Shown: positions 61,165-64,000 of the stretch, one piece after another
Layout: the number at the start of each line of letters is the position of its first letter
Position numbering within the stretch: position 1 is the stretch's first letter
NCBI GenBank assembly: GCA_009103225.1
Contig: RHPI01001037.1
Coordinates: forward strand, 1,484,551-1,548,550
Origin: Chlorokybus atmophyticus
Taxonomy: Eukaryota > Plantae > Mesostigma and Chlorokybus algae
Direction of reading: 5' to 3'
Length of the DNA: 64,000 nucleotides
Position numbers and translations under genes: made by a program
The notes under the pieces: model-generated
What the model was told of the DNA's origin: nothing
Database searches by the model: none
Seen by the model: only the letters and a program-made list of their open reading frames with translations

Positions 61165-62207
61165 GTGCCTGACCTTGTCCACCTCGGCTTGGTCAACCTG
61201 CAGAGCACAACCCTTCGGGCTTGGTTGAGCAGGTGCACATCACGGGTAGGACAAACATCACAACAACCCTCCTGCTCTGCTAGCCTCATTATCAATGTCT
61301 GTGCACGTGTGCGTGTGTGTACGTGTGTCTGCGGGTGCACATGCGTCTAAGGACCAAAAACTGCTTGATTCATGCTTGCCTCCTTTGGCTTGGGGACTCG
61401 CATGGTGATGGCTTTGTCAAGATACGGTCCAAGCACAAGCTCCACCTTCTGGGTAGTCCGGCCGCGGGACCACTGGTTCGTCTCCTCCTCCTTCACGGCG
61501 CAGCTCACCATGAGCGCACCTCTCCCACGCTGTTGTTCGCATTGCGGATCTGCCAACAATTCACACGCGGTTATGACATAGACATGCACAGGCATGCAGT
61601 GCGTGCATGCCTGTACGTCATACGCTCACTCGTGCATGCGTATGCGCTTGCATGCGTCATGGCATCTAGAGTGCGCACATTGAAACACGACCTGAGCAAC
61701 ATTCTCCAAAGACCACCATGCGTCTATCACAGCAAGCACGAACGGTTCGTGCTGTGGTATACATCCGCATTCTTGAAAAGAGCTCTCTGCCACATACAAG
61801 GAGAAGTGCCAGGTCATGCATGGCAGTAGGAAAATCAAGTCCCTGCCGTGGTATGCGGATTGCAAGAAGGGCGGAGGAGCTGTAGCACACTACACGCTGG
61901 CGTCAAATGTTCACTTTGACGTCAGAGCAATGCGCCTGAGATCCAGAAAGCATAGGTAGAATGTTGGCTGCTAGTGCTGGCGTGCGGCTGGCATCCGCTT
62001 TGCAATGTGCATACTGCAGAGAGCATGCCAGCGGCCAGAGTAATGCACCAACCTTAACGCCTCGGCTCTCAACCCGGCGGCCGCCTGCAATGGCAGCAGC
62101 GCTTACAATGCGGCGACTACTGCTTTCCACACCACATGCCCAGCGGCCCACCTCAGCTGCGTAGTCCCACCCACAGACCCCACCGCCGCCGCCGCCGCCG
62201 CCGCCAT
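61165..62207 (-). pseudogene. Duplicated, truncated 5' fragment of the trigger-factor-like gene
   Basis: Paralogous to 55835-56843 (MAAAAAA start at 62207, KEEETNQWSRGRTTQKVELVLG exon, VDQAEVDK exon). A 2 nt insertion in exon 1 gives ...VVAAL*, and no downstream PPIase exons follow. Confidence 0.85.
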
Positions 62208-62949
62208 TGCGGCTATACCCTTCTGCTCTAGATTACAGTTCAGTATGCTACAGTGTTCCTGACAAGGTGGCGCAGGGCAGTGTGCAAGCGATGGTATGCA
62301 AGAATGTGTACTGGGTAGGCAGATACGTGCAGCAGTAGTGGTTGAGAGAGGCGAGGCCTTGTTATTAGCATACCAGCAAGCAAGCCATGCAGCAATGGCG
62401 CTGCCTTCTCCAATCAACTCTTGGCTGTTTATGTCTGTGTGACCGCGCGCGTGTGGCTGTGCACATGCTCGAGTGTGTGGTGAGGTGGACACGCACTGTT
62501 GTCCTTGACAACCGACCAAAGTGAGTATCCTCAAGACGCCCTTGCATCATGGGTTGTGGTGAAATTTCATAACGATCCACAGCCTGAAATAACTGCAAAA
62601 TCTAGCCCGCGCATTGCAACAGCACAACACGATGAAAGCCAGCCAACAGTCATGCTCTACCACTTTATTGTTGGCAACGCTACTTGCTGCCAATGCAAGA
62701 AAGCAATTTCATGATACACACACTGTCTATTCAAACGAAGCACCAAGAGTGCCAGTCCAGCGTCCTTGCGCTACGCGCCTTGAGCAAGGGTATGTACACA
62801 AGATAATGACCGGCACAACTTTCTAGGACTAATGGCAAAGCCTCCTGCTTAGAGACAGCTCTTCACCATCCATGCACATAGCTTCATGAAAGTGCGCTGG
62901 TGTACCTTCATGACGACCACATTAACAATAAAAGCCAAAGGGTCAATGC

Positions 62950-64000
62950 CTATATGTTATTGAGTGGTTGGCCTTCCCCCCGAGTCGCTGTGTTCGCCGG
63001 CTGGTTCTCCGCGTCCAGTGGCATGTATTGCGACATAATGGCGCGGATCTCCGAGTCCATGTACTGGCGAAGGCGGTACTTGTACACGACATAGCCTGCG
63101 CCGGCCAACACCGCCAGACAGGCCAGCACGATGGCCGTCACGCCGACCGCACCCATGCCGCCAGAGTCTGACCCACACGTGTCCTGCCCGACACAATAAT
63201 AGAGTGAGTTTTCGACTGAAAGTTTCAGCAAGTTGCGCGACTGCAGGTTATGCTTACCGAGCTGCGATGGTACACTGCGCCACTCTTGCATGAACACATG
63301 AATGAACCAATGGTGTTCTCGCACTTGCAGTCCCTGCAGCGGCACATGGTTTCGCACTCGTTGATGTCGTTGCAGTTGACGCCGTCACCCTGAAAACCCG
63401 ACGGGCACTCACAGCCAGCATACGCCTCCTAGCAACAGTAAACATCAGTGGGTTGCAGTGACAGCCTACCACCGCCAGGCAGCAGACAACATCTAAGAGG
63501 TAAGAAGCAAAGGCGTGGAGCATTGGCATGCATGCGCACCGGTTTGCATGCAGACCAGGTGGTGTTGCCCTGAGAGAACGACCAGCAACCGCCATTGTTG
63601 AGCTCGCAACGAGTGCCGGTGACTGGCTCACACATGCTGTACCCGTCGCCACGGAAAGTGTAGGGTCCCACGGTCGGGCACTCGCACACCTTGCCACGGA
63701 AGGTGTCCTTGCAGGCAGTAAAGTTGAAGCCAGACCAGCAACCACCATTATTGATCTCGCAATCATTGGTCTGAATATCTGCAGCAACAAATGCTTAGCA
63801 ACACAATTTGACTGACGGCTCAGTCCCAACACCCTGAATCGGTTTTTGGCACTGACCAGGGGTAAGGCAAGCTGGTGGCTCTGTTGTTTCGCTGAAACCA
63901 GCGCATATGGCCTTCTGAACCGGAAGCTTGTCGAGCTGCCCGCGATATTGGTGCTGGTTGATGACGATGGTTGGCAGGATGGTCACATCACTGCGTCCAT
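62950..64000 (-). CDS. VSR: Vacuolar sorting receptor (BP-80/VSR), 3' portion; the gene continues beyond the window
   Basis: [18 protein letters not shown]...[12 protein letters not shown], three EGF-like repeats ([31 protein letters not shown]), a TM helix, and the tail [24 protein letters not shown] with the YMPL sorting motif. Confidence 0.95.

Noticed and set aside
1-64000. tRNA, rRNA or snRNA genes
   Set aside because: No cloverleaf with T-loop consensus or rRNA/snRNA signature was recognised by eye. A tRNAscan-SE or Infernal run would be needed to exclude them.

Overview
Intron-rich eukaryotic nuclear DNA with four N gaps. The gene content (plant-type vacuolar sorting receptor tail, CHUP1 C-terminal domain, DYAD/MMD1-type domain, algal Hsp33, telo-boxes) suggests a green alga, probably an early-diverging streptophyte; this is inferred, not verified. 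I rebuilt the gene models by eye from GT(GC)-AG splice sites and reading-frame phase, and recognised domains from remembered consensus motifs; no database search was run. In order, the window holds: (1) the 3' part of an Hsp33 gene (+); (2) a ~17 kb gene for a ~4,800-5,000 aa secreted or membrane-anchored protein with nested LamG, IPT, SUEL, PA14, filamin, DUF2341 and Kelch domains plus Ser-Pro rods (+); (3) a DsbA-like CxxS thioredoxin-fold gene (+); (4) a gene that appears to fuse VHS, two UIMs, polyproline and the CHUP1 actin-nucleator domain (-); (5) a frameshifted LPMO (-); (6) a DYAD/MMD1-like winged-helix gene (+); (7) an NSUN-type m5C methyltransferase (-); (8) a 445 bp TRIM retroelement; (9) an SGF73/ataxin-7 homologue (-); (10) a trigger-factor-like gene lacking the ribosome-binding domain (-); (11) an ARM-repeat gene with an intronless CDS (+); (12) a decayed tandem duplication joining a VSR tail to a trigger-factor head; (13) the 3' end of a VSR gene (-). 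The best candidates for new biology are the VHS-UIM-CHUP1 fusion and the giant nested-domain protein with four GGR[KR]LL sites.
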